Sequence record: DRR723986_7683
DNA: 58,659 nucleotides
Reading direction: 5' to 3' (one strand)
This document shows, piece by piece, positions 37,937-49,500 of this stretch. The position numbers and the translations under genes were made by a program. Numbering within the stretch: the stretch's first letter is position 1; the number at the start of each line of letters is the position of its first letter. Under the pieces are notes generated by a model. That model saw nothing but the letters and a program-made list of their open reading frames with translations, was not told the origin of the DNA and ran no database searches.

Positions 37937-40900
37937 TTATTTTCTCAGCGTTTCCAAATAACTAACCAAGTCCACCAGTTCAGTTTCTGATAGTGGAAAT
38001 TTAGGCATCAGTGATTCTTCCAACTGGGTGACACTCTCGATATCCACCAGCTTGTAAATCTTCTGCTCGGCTGATCCTACCAATTTCACTACTAGATCAT
38101 TTTCTGTTTTAGAATTGACGATGCAGGTAAACTCTGTTCCGTCTTTCATTTTAACAAGTTGAGTTTCATATCCAAAACCCATTCCTTCGGATGGATTGAT
38201 GATGGCATTAAATAGCCCTTCTTTGGATAATTTATCTCCAATTTCGGATAGGCCTGGTCCAAAATCAATTCCTTTGTCGGCAATTTTATGACAGGCCAGA
38301 CAATAAGTGTCTGCAATGAGCAGTCCTTTTTCTACGTCTCCTTGTTGAGCTAGAAGCTTCGGCAAATCAACCGTTGCGTTTGAAGATGCTTCTCCAAATT
38401 TCTCATTGGCTTCGGCCCGGATAGTTCCATTCCAAGAAGATAGAAGGATTTTCTGCGCTATAGGAAGCATATCAGCTGGGATCTTATCCGCTTTTGCCAA
38501 TTCTAATAAATACGGCTCAGAATTATACCCTTTTGCAGCTTCCATCGCAGCAGTCCTCATATCCAAAGAGTGAGATTCATTGAGATAAACTTCGGCCAAG
38601 AGTTTTGCCATTTCCTCATTATCTATTACTCCAAATTTCTCAATCGAAGCCACCGCTTTTTTTTCATCAGGATTAGCAAAGGACTTCTCTATTTCTCCCA
38701 TTCCATACAAGGCAGCAAAACTATTTGCCGCCATTTGGGAATGCTGACTATTCTCAGACTGGTAGATTAGCTTTTCCAACCTGACTTTTTGATCTCTCAA
38801 CTGATATTTGCTTACGATATCTAAAAAATCCCGGTCATCTGCGATACTTCCGGCCGTATTTTTTGCAAGGGTGAGAATCTCTCGATCTGGCGAAGCTGGG
38901 TCAAAAGTAATCTGTCTAAGGATAATGAGTTGATCCTCTTCAGGAGCATTTGCTAAGAGTGATTTCAGGGTTTTGTTTTTGGCCTCAGTAGACTGAAAAT
39001 CAAGAGCTCGATAGAAAGATTGATTGTTACGGCCAGGTTGAGAAAGGATAATTTTTCCTAATAGTTCTGCAGTATTTGATGCACGTGATCTCCAGACTAT
39101 GTCTTTAGCTTCCTGATTTTCCATCCATCCTGAACCTGTTTGTTCTAAGTACGCAGGCAAATAATCATCCCAGAAGCCTTCTGCAGCTATTCCCAACGCC
39201 TCCAAATACCAGCGATCTCCGTTCTCATACCCATTAACCAGTTTTAGCCAAACTTCAGGATTATGCTTGTACCGAATTGCTAATGCTACTTCTCTTCGAA
39301 CTTGAGCAGATTCGTCTCCTGCCATTTCTAGCAAGAAGGATACGTCACTCATTTTGTTATTCCTATAAGCACGAATGGCGGCTACTCTGATATTCTCATC
39401 TGAGTCAGTTGCAGCAGTTTTGATGTAATCATTCCCATTTGGTAGCTTAGTAAGTACCCAGAAAGCTCTTGCTCGCATCCTACTTTCACCTTCGGTAAAT
39501 AATTGCTCCAAGGCGTCTTTTGCCTCGCCGCCTTTTTCTACCAATGCCATGAACGCTTTAAAATGAGTAGCGCGATTTGGGCTTTGAAGTAAATTAATTA
39601 AAGAAGGAATGCTTGTATAATCCGGCTTGCTCACGTTATAGTCAACATCTTTAGGGGCAAGTCTATATATTCTTCCTTTGTCCAGATCTCCCATGGCATG
39701 TCCACCAACTCCCGGATCATACCAATCAGAAATGAAAAGTGATCCATCTGGAGCAACCGTCACATCAGAAGGTCTAAACCAATTATCTCTGGAATTTCCA
39801 TCCAAAAGATTGATGATTTTGGCAGTAAAACCAGCTCCAGAGGGAACGGCTGGATACGATCTTACGATATTTGGTCCAGCATCGGAATGAATGACCTGAT
39901 TCTGGTATTCCTCAGGGAGTAATTTACCTTCATACACTAAAATTCCTGTAGGCGAACCTGCATAGGTCTGAAGAAGGTTGGGGACTACACCTGGATCATT
40001 TAAGTGCCAATGCTGCTCATAAACGGAGTCTTCCATATTGATTCTTCTAGCTCTCCAGTCTGCGCCTGTCACTTCATCCTTGAAGCCATAGTTGCCATAA
40101 TCCATGACGTAGTTGATTCTTGTACTTCTGTTTCCATCGTCATCATTGTCAGATTGCCACATTCTGCCATAGCTATCTGTGGCTACTTCGTAGTTATTTC
40201 TGAAATTCCAACCTAGCACTTCTACATCCGAACCGTCGGGATTCATCCGGAACACCATACCCTCTTTATAAGGTTGAGTTTTGTTATTGACTGGTCTGCT
40301 AAGTGGATCCATAATAGGAGAGCCGTCCGCGTAATGAAGACCTTCCCCAGCATTTCCGTAATTAAAATATAATTTACCATCTGGCCCAAAGGTGAAAGAA
40401 TGCATCCCATGATCATGTTGCTCACCACCTACTCCTTCAAATAAAATTTCCTTTTTCTCCGGCACATCATCGCCATCAGCATCTGTAAAAACATATACAT
40501 ATGGGCTGACTGAGACATAAACTTTATCTCCGAATACTGCAATCCCTAAGGCTGCATTGATATCATTCCCCTGATAAAAAACCTTTGATTCATCAGCCAC
40601 TCCATCTCCATCGGTATCTTCCATAATTAGGATTCGATCACCTTCAGCTCGGGTAGGGTTTCTTGGGTTTAGGGACGTACGATAATTATATGCCTCTGCA
40701 ATCCAAACTCTACCACGTTCATCAATATCCATATTGGTAGGATTGGACATCATAGGTTCGGATGCGAAAAGTGTAAGCTCCAATCGTTGGTCTGCGACGA
40801 CAATTCCATCTACCGCATGTTCAGATGATCTTTTTTGCTCCTCAGTGAGTTTTGAATATTCTTCATCTGTGAGTTGAACATGCTTTTTTTCACAGGAAAA

Positions 40901-40945
40901 AAGTAATAAGCTCAACAAGCTTAGTAGTGTGATTTTTTTAAACAT
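37937..40945 (-). CDS. PVC-type heme-binding CxxCH membrane-bound dehydrogenase lipoprotein
   Basis: Lipobox 'LFSC'; 'LFASEP..SNPT..DIDERGRVW', 'EDTDGDGVAD', 'FRNNYE', 'FRPSDV.VAPDG.L..SDWYD' propeller; HEAT repeats; CLACH...GPGLS.IG cytochrome c domain. Confidence 0.88.
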   Translation of the reverse strand: MFKKITLLSLLSLLLFSCEKKHVQLTDEEYSKLTEEQKRSSEHAVDGIVVADQRLELTLFASEPMMSNPTNMDIDERGRVWIAEAYNYRTSLNPRNPTRAEGDRILIMEDTDGDGVADESKVFYQGNDINAALGIAVFGDKVYVSVSPYVYVFTDADGDDVPEKKEILFEGVGGEQHDHGMHSFTFGPDGKLYFNYGNAGEGLHYADGSPIMDPLSRPVNNKTQPYKEGMVFRMNPDGSDVEVLGWNFRNNYEVATDSYGRMWQSDNDDDGNRSTRINYVMDYGNYGFKDEVTGADWRARRINMEDSVYEQHWHLNDPGVVPNLLQTYAGSPTGILVYEGKLLPEEYQNQVIHSDAGPNIVRSYPAVPSGAGFTAKIINLLDGNSRDNWFRPSDVTVAPDGSLFISDWYDPGVGGHAMGDLDKGRIYRLAPKDVDYNVSKPDYTSIPSLINLLQSPNRATHFKAFMALVEKGGEAKDALEQLFTEGESRMRARAFWVLTKLPNGNDYIKTAATDSDENIRVAAIRAYRNNKMSDVSFLLEMAGDESAQVRREVALAIRYKHNPEVWLKLVNGYENGDRWYLEALGIAAEGFWDDYLPAYLEQTGSGWMENQEAKDIVWRSRASNTAELLGKIILSQPGRNNQSFYRALDFQSTEAKNKTLKSLLANAPEEDQLIILRQITFDPASPDREILTLAKNTAGSIADDRDFLDIVSKYQLRDQKVRLEKLIYQSENSQHSQMAANSFAALYGMGEIEKSFANPDEKKAVASIEKFGVIDNEEMAKLLAEVYLNESHSLDMRTAAMEAAKGYNSEPYLLELAKADKIPADMLPIAQKILLSSWNGTIRAEANEKFGEASSNATVDLPKLLAQQGDVEKGLLIADTYCLACHKIADKGIDFGPGLSEIGDKLSKEGLFNAIINPSEGMGFGYETQLVKMKDGTEFTCIVNSKTENDLVVKLVGSAEQKIYKLVDIESVTQLEESLMPKFPLSETELVDLVSYLETLRK

Positions 40946-41179
40946 AGGATGAGCGGTTATTAGGGTTTGAAAACAAGCTATCAAATTAAGGAAAAGTTAT
41001 GAAATGGGGCTAATAGCATGTCATAAGGTAGGTGATATGCCTCTTTACTCTTATATGTTTTCTGTATTATTTCAATTTCCCCTGTGAACCAAAGTTTGTT
41101 TAAGGACCAACGGGAGAATTGTTTAGAATTTCTAGGGTAGAGTTAACTTCTTATTTGCTTGAAAATCCTAAGTTTAGGT

Positions 41180-42274
41180 ATGAAAAAAGCCATTAATATC
41201 ACTCTCCTTTTATGTCTAATCCTGATTTGGAATACCACATTTGGCCAAGAAACCAGATGGTATGGAGAAAGTACCGAAATGATGAATGCGCTGGAAGGCA
41301 GAGGATGGGATGAAATTGGATTCAATCGTCTTCCAGATTCTGCAGAAGCCATAGTCCGTTTGCCAGTATGGAATTTATCGAGGCAGACAGCAGGTCTTTC
41401 TTTGCGTTTTACTTCAGACAGTCCCGAAATTCACGTATCCTATACACCTTCTTCAACACGATTGGAAATGCCGCACATGCCTGCTACTGGTGTCAGTGGG
41501 GTGGATTTGTATGTGAAGGATAGTTCTGGAAAGCTTCTTTGGGTGAGAGGAAGTTACAAGTTTGGGGAACAAATCACATATCAGTTTCAATTATCCAATG
41601 ATGCGGGCTTGTCAAAAGAGTTTCAACTATTCCTGCCTCTTTATAATGGGTTGAGTGAGCTGCAGATAGGTGTTCCAGATGATAAAGTTTTTGCTTTTGT
41701 TCCCAAAAGAACTGAAAAACCGATTCTAGTTTACGGGACTTCCATTGCTCAGGGAGCTTGCGCATCCAGACCGGGTATGGCTTGGACAAACATTCTGTCA
41801 AGGGACGTGGATATGCCAATGATCAATTTGGCTTTCTCAGGAAACGGTAGGATGGAGGAGGAGGTGATTGAATATGTCTCTAAGATTGATCCTGCAGTTT
41901 TTGTATTAGACTGTCTGCCAAATTTAGGTAGCTTTTCTGAAAACGAAGTCAAAACCAAACTGATTTATGCAGTCAACACTCTTCGGTCAAAATATCCAAA
42001 CACTCCTATTTTATTGACTGAGCATGCAGGGTATTCTGATGGGTTAGTTTTTGAGCCAAGAGCTGAGATTTATGAGAATTTGAATGCCTGGCTCCAGGAA
42101 AGTTTTACAAAGTTAACGAGCGATGGAGTGACAGGGATTTACACGTTGACAAAAGATGAAATTGGAATGGGTATAGATGATTTTGTGGACGGTACACATC
42201 CGACAGATTTGGGGATGTCCAAGTATGCCAAAGCTTACGCTAAAAAGTTAAAGGAGATTTTTGAAGAAGAATAG
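41180..42274 (+). CDS. SGNH/GDSL hydrolase with N-terminal GxDLY domain
   Basis: Signal peptide; 'SGVDLY', 'YGTSIAQG.CASRPG', 'NLAFSGNG', 'DG.HP.DLG'. Confidence 0.88.
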   Translation: MKKAINITLLLCLILIWNTTFGQETRWYGESTEMMNALEGRGWDEIGFNRLPDSAEAIVRLPVWNLSRQTAGLSLRFTSDSPEIHVSYTPSSTRLEMPHMPATGVSGVDLYVKDSSGKLLWVRGSYKFGEQITYQFQLSNDAGLSKEFQLFLPLYNGLSELQIGVPDDKVFAFVPKRTEKPILVYGTSIAQGACASRPGMAWTNILSRDVDMPMINLAFSGNGRMEEEVIEYVSKIDPAVFVLDCLPNLGSFSENEVKTKLIYAVNTLRSKYPNTPILLTEHAGYSDGLVFEPRAEIYENLNAWLQESFTKLTSDGVTGIYTLTKDEIGMGIDDFVDGTHPTDLGMSKYAKAYAKKLKEIFEEE

Positions 42275-42333
42275 AATAGGGAAATAGGAATAAAAATATG
42301 TAGGTATGGATTTTTCCCAATAACCAAAAGAGC

Positions 42334-42365
42334 AAAAAAAAAGCAGCCCTAAGGCTGCTTTTTTT
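42334..42365. terminator. Bidirectional intrinsic terminator
   Basis: A9-GCAGCC-CTAA-GGCTGC-T7 between convergent genes. Confidence 0.88.
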
Positions 42366-42369
42366 ACTA

Positions 42370-43614
42370 TTAATGAGCTGCGACTGCGGCTGGTTTTTTG
42401 CCTTTCTGCCAGAAAAATAACAGAGTAAATGCAACTATCAGTATTATCGGGAAAGTCATCATTGTAGATAATGTAGCTTGGCCCGCTGCAAGGTCTAGAT
42501 CTGCTCCAGTAAGACCTAGGGCTGTTTGCTCAGCAATATCATCGTCAATCCAGCTACCAATGAAAGGTTGGAAAATTGACGTTGAAAACATACCAACTCC
42601 ACCTACTATTGACATGCCCAAGGCACCACTTTTTGGAATTTTGGCAGCTACAAATCCGAGCATAGTTGGCCAGAAGAATGCTACTCCCGTGGCAAAGAAA
42701 ATTGCAGCTATATATACCATTACGCCTGTCTGAGTACTGAAAAGGTAAATCCCCAAAGTGGAAATTACTGCTCCTAGAAGTAATACTCCAGTTTGACCAA
42801 GTGCGCTAGTAACCGGTCCTCCAAAAAATCTTAAAACAGCCATTAACCCCGTAGTAAGTGCAAGGATCAACATAGGTTTAGCTCCAGAGCTTTCTAAAAC
42901 TAATCCAGTCCATTTTTGTGGTCCAAACTCAGTGATTGCAGTGAGTGCCATACATGCAAAAATGAATAGGAATAAAGGAGTCAACATCGCCTTAAAGTTT
43001 TCAGATAGTGAACTTGCTTGTTCTACACTTGCTTTAGGGAAGGTTTTTCCATTAAATAAGTAAACGTACACTAGGGCTGGAATTGGGATTAACCAAAACT
43101 GGCTTTGCCATGAGAATCCAAGTGTAGACATCAATTCTGAAAGTAGGGCTCCTACAAATATTCCCCCAGGAAACCACATGTGGAATCTGTTGAGCATTTT
43201 GTTCATTTTGTCGCCAGTATACATGTCTGCAATCATAGGATTACAAGCAGCCTCAGTACAGCCACATCCAATTCCCATAAGTAGATTAGAAACGAGGAGT
43301 ATGGCATAACTTAAATCTGAAACAAAGTAAATCGCGTACAAAGTCAATGCTGCACCTAAAAAGTGAGAAAGAAAGGCGATTTTCATGATCTTTTTAGGAC
43401 CAATAGAATGATAAATCAGTCCTCCAATAATCATTGCGATTGGGAAACCGAAGAACCAAAGTGAATTTAAGTACCCTAATTTTTCAGCGGTGTACCCCAA
43501 ATCTTCACCAAGTGATTTTAATGTACCCGCACTGATACTGAATGAGAAAGCAGTTGTAATAAGCGCAAAACAACTTGCGTTGAAAAGCGCACTTTTGTTG
43601 ATGGTTTGAGTCAT
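42370..43614 (-). CDS. MFS transporter (sugar/fucose-permease-like)
   Basis: About 12 TM; 'G..EAACNP.IAD.Y', 'LNRFHMWFPGGI', 'WPTMLG'; start MTQT at 43614. Confidence 0.88.
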   Translation of the reverse strand: MTQTINKSALFNASCFALITTAFSFSISAGTLKSLGEDLGYTAEKLGYLNSLWFFGFPIAMIIGGLIYHSIGPKKIMKIAFLSHFLGAALTLYAIYFVSDLSYAILLVSNLLMGIGCGCTEAACNPMIADMYTGDKMNKMLNRFHMWFPGGIFVGALLSELMSTLGFSWQSQFWLIPIPALVYVYLFNGKTFPKASVEQASSLSENFKAMLTPLFLFIFACMALTAITEFGPQKWTGLVLESSGAKPMLILALTTGLMAVLRFFGGPVTSALGQTGVLLLGAVISTLGIYLFSTQTGVMVYIAAIFFATGVAFFWPTMLGFVAAKIPKSGALGMSIVGGVGMFSTSIFQPFIGSWIDDDIAEQTALGLTGADLDLAAGQATLSTMMTFPIILIVAFTLLFFWQKGKKPAAVAAH

Positions 43615-43730
43615 ATGATGATAGGTTTTAGAATTTTGGGTTGTTAACAATATTTTCCAAAGATGGGAAAGTAGGAAAAATATTGCATTCAGCTTTCCCG
43701 CTAATCAAAAAAATCTTTCTGATTATATCT

Positions 43731-46481
43731 TTAATCCAATACCAGCAAGGATCCTATTTCCTTTTCTTCAAGCCCATAGAGGGCATTTCGAACCATAATT
43801 GTCACTACGTAATTTCCTGTAGGCACATATACACCATTCACTTTTCCATCCCAATTAAGAATTGGTTCTTCCATAGGAATATCTGTTGTTGAGGAATGGT
43901 GGATTAACTCACCTTGACGATTTAGGATGAAGAGCTCAGCTTCCGTAACCCCTTCGCTCATCAATACCCTAAAATCCTTATCAGGGTTTCCAAGGATCAT
44001 GGCGTTTGGATATACTATTTGATAATTGCAGACATCATAGGTTCTGAAATTGTCTTCAAACTCGCAACCGTCAATTGTAGTGACCATCAATCTATAATTC
44101 CCAAGTTGGGTTGGCTTATATAGTCTCTCCGAAGAGACTAATTGCTCTTCAAAATACCATGCATATGTTTCATACTCTCCAGCATCGATTGGAGGTAAAT
44201 TATTGTCTTTCGTGCAGACAGGATAGCTTTCATCCAGATTTGGAAGGGTCAAAAGGGTACTTTCCTCTACCAAAATAAGGTTTCTACCAATTTCACATTG
44301 AAACTTGTTATATGCCACAACTTCATAAGTGCCAGGGGCATCCACTTCTATTTCAAAAAGATTATTGAATTCTGGGAGTTCTTGACGTTGATCATTTAGA
44401 TCATAAAAAATCCATTCTGTCTCTAGCACCTCATCCTCATCGGTCTTCAAAGTGACCAATGCTGTTCCGGGTTCAGGACAGATTTTGGTAGCTTCTAGCG
44501 TCATCGCTACAGATGTGATCGGTGGAATGACTTCAAATTCTACAGGTGCAGGCTCACAAAACCCACTAGCCAAGGGTTGGATGATAAGCGAAAATAGACC
44601 AGACGTGGCAGGATAGAATTCTACACCTCTACCTACAATTTCATTATCTGAATTGATCCACCTAATACTGGTCTCATCAGGAAGTAAGCCTTGGATTTCT
44701 GCCACATATTGAATAGGGTCAAAGCACCCTTTTTCTAATTTGATAGGTTCAAAAGTGAATTTTGAAGAAAAAGTCACCCGAAAATCTTCCACCCGCGAAC
44801 ACAAAGTTGAAGAGGAACTAATTGGAGCAGCTTTTAACGAGTATAATCCTTCAGAAGTTAGAGAAAAGCCTTTACCGGAACTCAAAGATTGAGTGGTTCC
44901 ATCAGGATATGTCAGCGTGAATAGTAGGTTTTGGCTTGTCTCTGGGATGTATTCGAAATTATCGCAGATATTAAAATCACCCGGTGTGCTGAATTCAACT
45001 TGAGGTTGTTTAGCAATTGAAAAAGTTTCGTTTGGGTAGGTACAGCCATCAATTATTTGTTCCAAAATATAATTTCCCGATGAAACATTGAGGGTCAATA
45101 GACCATTTATTGGTATAGGACCTGCATCGATAACACCTTTTGAATCGGAGAATAAACGGTATTCTCCAGTACCTATTGACTGGCCAAAATCCACCTCTAC
45201 TTTTCCCTGCATCACTCCTGTTGGAGAGCAGGCCTCAGGCTCGATGGTGACAGTTGGTGTAAATTGATTTGGAGGGCTTGGAGTTGCAGGAGGGTTTTTG
45301 GCTGATACCTGTACTAATTTGGTGATTTTGCACCCATTTTGGGTAGCAATTACTGAGTAGATTTTAGGCTTAAGGTTAGTGTAGGAAAAGGCTTGCCCTG
45401 CAGAAACTGATGACAAACTGACTCCAAGTTCAGGGATTTCTAAGGAATCCAAGTCAGTAGTGCTGGTGATTTGGAAGCTTCCATTTTCAGTGACACAGTC
45501 ATCTGGAAACACTATATTTTGGATACTTATTTGCGGTGATTCTAAAAGTTCAAAGGCTATTTTCCTTTCAGAAGGGCAGTCTGGGTAGTTTTCATCCACA
45601 GCACTAAAAAAAACTTCATAAGTACCTGGTCCATCAAGTTCGCTGGATTCAAGAGAGATCTCAAATGCATCTCCCAGATTAGTTTTGGCAGCAGCACCAA
45701 TCTTTCGAATAGACCATTCTCCAGTCAAAGGAGTATCTGTTCCTATGGATATGCTACTTCCCTCACAGATTTGGGTACTTGACTGTATGATTTTATAATC
45801 GATTGAAGGACCTACAAAAGTGGACCCTCTAATAGTACATGCTTGAGTTCCGTCAGAATTTGTTAAATAAAATTCCACGAAATGATAGCCAATATCGTAC
45901 GTCAAAAATTCATTTCCTCTGCCAATTTCTACTTCATCACCGTTCTCATCGAGAGATTTCCAAATGATAGTATAATCAGATAGGCTAGGTGTATTTGGGT
46001 CTAATGCTTCCAGCAAAACAGGTTGATCACCACAAACCAGGTAGTCTTGTTTTAAAGCCAATTCAGCTCCTTTTTGGATTTTGACTTCTAAATCTTCCTG
46101 ATAAAAATTGGGATTAGTGCCTCTTCTTACTTTTAATGAAACCGTGTACTCTCCGATCTCGGCAAATAAAAATTGTATGGTTTCAAACTGATCACCACCA
46201 CTTCTATTTAATAGTTCTTCCCCTGTGGACTTTGTTATTATCCACTCATATACATCGCCAGGGTCACCTCCAGCACTGTATGTGCCGATTACTCCACCTA
46301 TTACAATACATAAATTCGAATCCCCTGTGAGTAGGGGAGTTGCATGTGTAGAATAGGCAACTTCAGGTTTGCTTGGGGTTATTATTTCTCTCCCTAAGTT
46401 GATAAAGGGTGATGAAATAAGGATAATCCAAACCAAAATCATCCCAATCATCCTTGCGGGGAATTGGTTAATAGGGTTCAA
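43731..46481 (-). CDS. T9SS type-B cargo protein, Ig/PKD-like stalk (916 aa)
   Basis: N-terminal hydrophobic segment; Cys-paired Ig-like repeats; C-terminal 'YPNA...NRQG.LI...WDG..NG..VP.G.Y' CTD; TTG start uncertain. Confidence 0.8.
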   Translation of the reverse strand: MNPINQFPARMIGMILVWIILISSPFINLGREIITPSKPEVAYSTHATPLLTGDSNLCIVIGGVIGTYSAGGDPGDVYEWIITKSTGEELLNRSGGDQFETIQFLFAEIGEYTVSLKVRRGTNPNFYQEDLEVKIQKGAELALKQDYLVCGDQPVLLEALDPNTPSLSDYTIIWKSLDENGDEVEIGRGNEFLTYDIGYHFVEFYLTNSDGTQACTIRGSTFVGPSIDYKIIQSSTQICEGSSISIGTDTPLTGEWSIRKIGAAAKTNLGDAFEISLESSELDGPGTYEVFFSAVDENYPDCPSERKIAFELLESPQISIQNIVFPDDCVTENGSFQITSTTDLDSLEIPELGVSLSSVSAGQAFSYTNLKPKIYSVIATQNGCKITKLVQVSAKNPPATPSPPNQFTPTVTIEPEACSPTGVMQGKVEVDFGQSIGTGEYRLFSDSKGVIDAGPIPINGLLTLNVSSGNYILEQIIDGCTYPNETFSIAKQPQVEFSTPGDFNICDNFEYIPETSQNLLFTLTYPDGTTQSLSSGKGFSLTSEGLYSLKAAPISSSSTLCSRVEDFRVTFSSKFTFEPIKLEKGCFDPIQYVAEIQGLLPDETSIRWINSDNEIVGRGVEFYPATSGLFSLIIQPLASGFCEPAPVEFEVIPPITSVAMTLEATKICPEPGTALVTLKTDEDEVLETEWIFYDLNDQRQELPEFNNLFEIEVDAPGTYEVVAYNKFQCEIGRNLILVEESTLLTLPNLDESYPVCTKDNNLPPIDAGEYETYAWYFEEQLVSSERLYKPTQLGNYRLMVTTIDGCEFEDNFRTYDVCNYQIVYPNAMILGNPDKDFRVLMSEGVTEAELFILNRQGELIHHSSTTDIPMEEPILNWDGKVNGVYVPTGNYVVTIMVRNALYGLEEKEIGSLLVLD

Positions 46482-46596
46482 TGAAATCTAATTAGGGTGC
46501 GTGCAAAGATAGCAATACCATTTCTTTAATGGATTGCTGTCGGATGATGCAAGTTCAAAAAATGTTCCAATCCTACTTTGGATTCTAGTTGATTAC

Positions 46597-49500
46597 CTAT
46601 TCTATGATGAGAATGGAGCCAAAATCCGATTTTGAAATCTTTTGTTGATAATTTTTAAAATTAATTCGTACAGCGTAATTCCCGTTTGGAATTGCTTTTC
46701 CATTGTATGTGCCGTCCCATGCACAAGTGGATTCTTCAGATATAAGGTTTGTTTGAGTGCACTCAAAAATTACTTGTCCCCATTTATTTACAATAACTAA
46801 GTCGAGTTCGTCGATTAGATAATTTGTGTAAATTAGAAATTGCTTATCTGGATTGTCAGGTTGTACAGCATTAGGATAAATGACCTTCAACTCACATTCT
46901 TCCTCGGTGATGAAGTCTGTCTGATATGCACACCCTTCAGCACTATACACAAGGAGCCTATAGTTTCCAATGGACTGTGGCTTATAAACCGAATTAGTGG
47001 ATACAAGTTGGTCCTCAAAATACCATTCATAGCTGGCAAAACTGCCAGGATTAATTGTAGGGCCGATATCATATTTTGGACAAACTTGATAGCTTTCTTC
47101 TACTTCCGGCCTGACGGTATCTGTGCTTCTTAATATCAAAACCTGGTCAAATCCCAAAATGCATGGAACATCGTTGTAAATACGCACTTCATAGGTGCCT
47201 TCCCGAATTGCTAAGATTTCTTCTTTGTTCCGTTCGCCTGCGAGCTCTATTTGCTCACCGGTCGGAAAGGTGTACCACCATTCTATGGAAGTCACCATAC
47301 TAAAGTCTGCCTCTGCTCTAATAGTTGCGGAAGGGGAATCAGGACAAAGAGGATCTGCCAAGAGCATTACATCTAAAGCCAGTACTGGAGGCAATACTTC
47401 AAAAGAAATAGGAGAAATATGGCAAGGGATTATATTTGATGGCTGCACTTCCAAAGAGTAGATCCCCGGACGATCTATCATGAAAAATTCATCTGTCCCA
47501 ACTTCATTTCCATTTTCGTCTAACCAAGAGATATCAACATCATCTATTGAATAATTACTAACTGATGCCTGAAAAATTTTTTTCCCATCACAAAATTCTT
47601 CAGACAGTATAGGTGTGAAATCGACAGTCTCAGCAAGAGTTACATTCATCTCTTTTTGCTCAGGACAAAAAGTTGTTGGGCTATTTCTGTCAAATGCTAG
47701 AAATATATAGACGCCTGCTTCATCAATTGTGAAAGATTGCCCAGAATTTTTTTCGATCACTGCACCTGAGGGCGTGGTAAGGAAAAATTCTAAATCTTGG
47801 TTGGTTTGGGGTACTAATTCGTAGTAGTCACAAATAGCGAGTACCTCAGGGATATCAAATTGTACTTTATCTGGAGTTAAGTCCAATTGAAAAGTTGTTC
47901 TGCCAAGCTCACAATTTTTATTGATTTCAGGTAGGATGCTATAAGCTGAAGCCTCGTAGGTGCCACCTATTCTTGTGGTGATGATGGTTTGATTATTGAA
48001 TTCAGGTAGTAGGACTATTTCACCGTCTTCATTAAATCGTCTCCACCTAATGTCTGTGACAGCTTCTGGAGAAGTGGTGATTAGCTCCACTCTTGCTTCT
48101 GGGCCGAATTCACATAATTTGGTCGTTACTATTGAAGCATCCACAAATAGAACGGGTTCATTAACAGTAAATTCCTTTGGGGATATAGGACAATTTTCGG
48201 AGTTTTTGGGTTGGACTTCTAACGAAAAAAGTCCGTTGGATGTAGGTGATAAAAATAGTGTTTGGCCAGTACCAATCGTGTCTCCATCCGAATTTCTCCA
48301 GAAGAACTCTGCTAAAGAGGGATCATAGCCATTGATGTCTGCTTCATAGACTCGGTTTCCAATCACACAATCTTCACTTTTGAGTTTTGGCTCAAATGCT
48401 ATAGGTTCTGTAGTACTTACAAATAGCTTTCGTTCAGATGGACAAATTTCACTTTGATCTGGAATTGTACCAATTACACTGTACTCACCTGCCTCTGTGA
48501 GGGTCAAAGGATCTCCAGCTTTTGCTGTGCTAATATTACCAGAAGGATCTGTCAGAGTAAAAAGAAGGATTTGTGAAGTTTCTGGAATTAACTCAAAAGA
48601 ACCACAAATCGTGAGGGAGTCTGGTATAGAAAAAGAAGTCTGGGGCTTGCTTGGAATCTCAATTAATTCCCTGGTAGGTAGGTTGCAGCTGTCCTTATCC
48701 AGAATTTCGAAGAAATATTTCCCTCCGCCAAGTTCTATTTTGAATGGGTTGGCAGTAGGTAAGGCTTCTTTTAATGCTACGTCGCCTTTTTCATTGATGA
48801 CACGAAATGAGCCTTCAATTATCCCGTTTTCGAGATTTACATCGAATGATCCGTTTATTTTTCCATTTGTAGTGCACGATTCTGCAGTGATATTTTCAAT
48901 TTCAAATTTTAAAACAGAAGGTGGATCATTCAGGGGAACTACAGCTCCCAAGGTGTTTTGGCAACCGTTAAGAAAGGAATATAAGGTGTAGCCTCCGGAT
49001 TTGAGATTATTGATAACAATAGTTTCCCCAGCTAGGAATGGGCCGTAGGTGGATCCTGAAGCACCAACTCTTACCAAGTCCAGGTTAGTTTCTGCGATAA
49101 GCTCCAACCCTCCATCAGGATTGAGACAGCCACTCGAACCTATGACTGAAGATACAGATATAGCAGGCTGCTCATTGTAATTGAATATACTGGTTGCCTG
49201 TGGAATACAGGATGGGTTGTTTTCGTTTTCAATGATAAGTTCAATACTATACTCTCCATAAGCCATTAAATCCTTTTCAGGCAAGAGGGTCACAGAAGAT
49301 GAATTCCCCAAATCAATGCGATTAGGCTCGCCTGGCATTTTCAAAAACCACCTTCCTATACTTATTGGGTCAGCAGTGAAAGTGATACTACCGTCTTTAC
49401 AAACTGTGGAGGCACTCTGTATTATAGAGATAGAATTTAAAACACTGACTTTGGTAGTAAGCGTATTGTTACACACAGGGTTTCCCTTATCATCAGGGAA

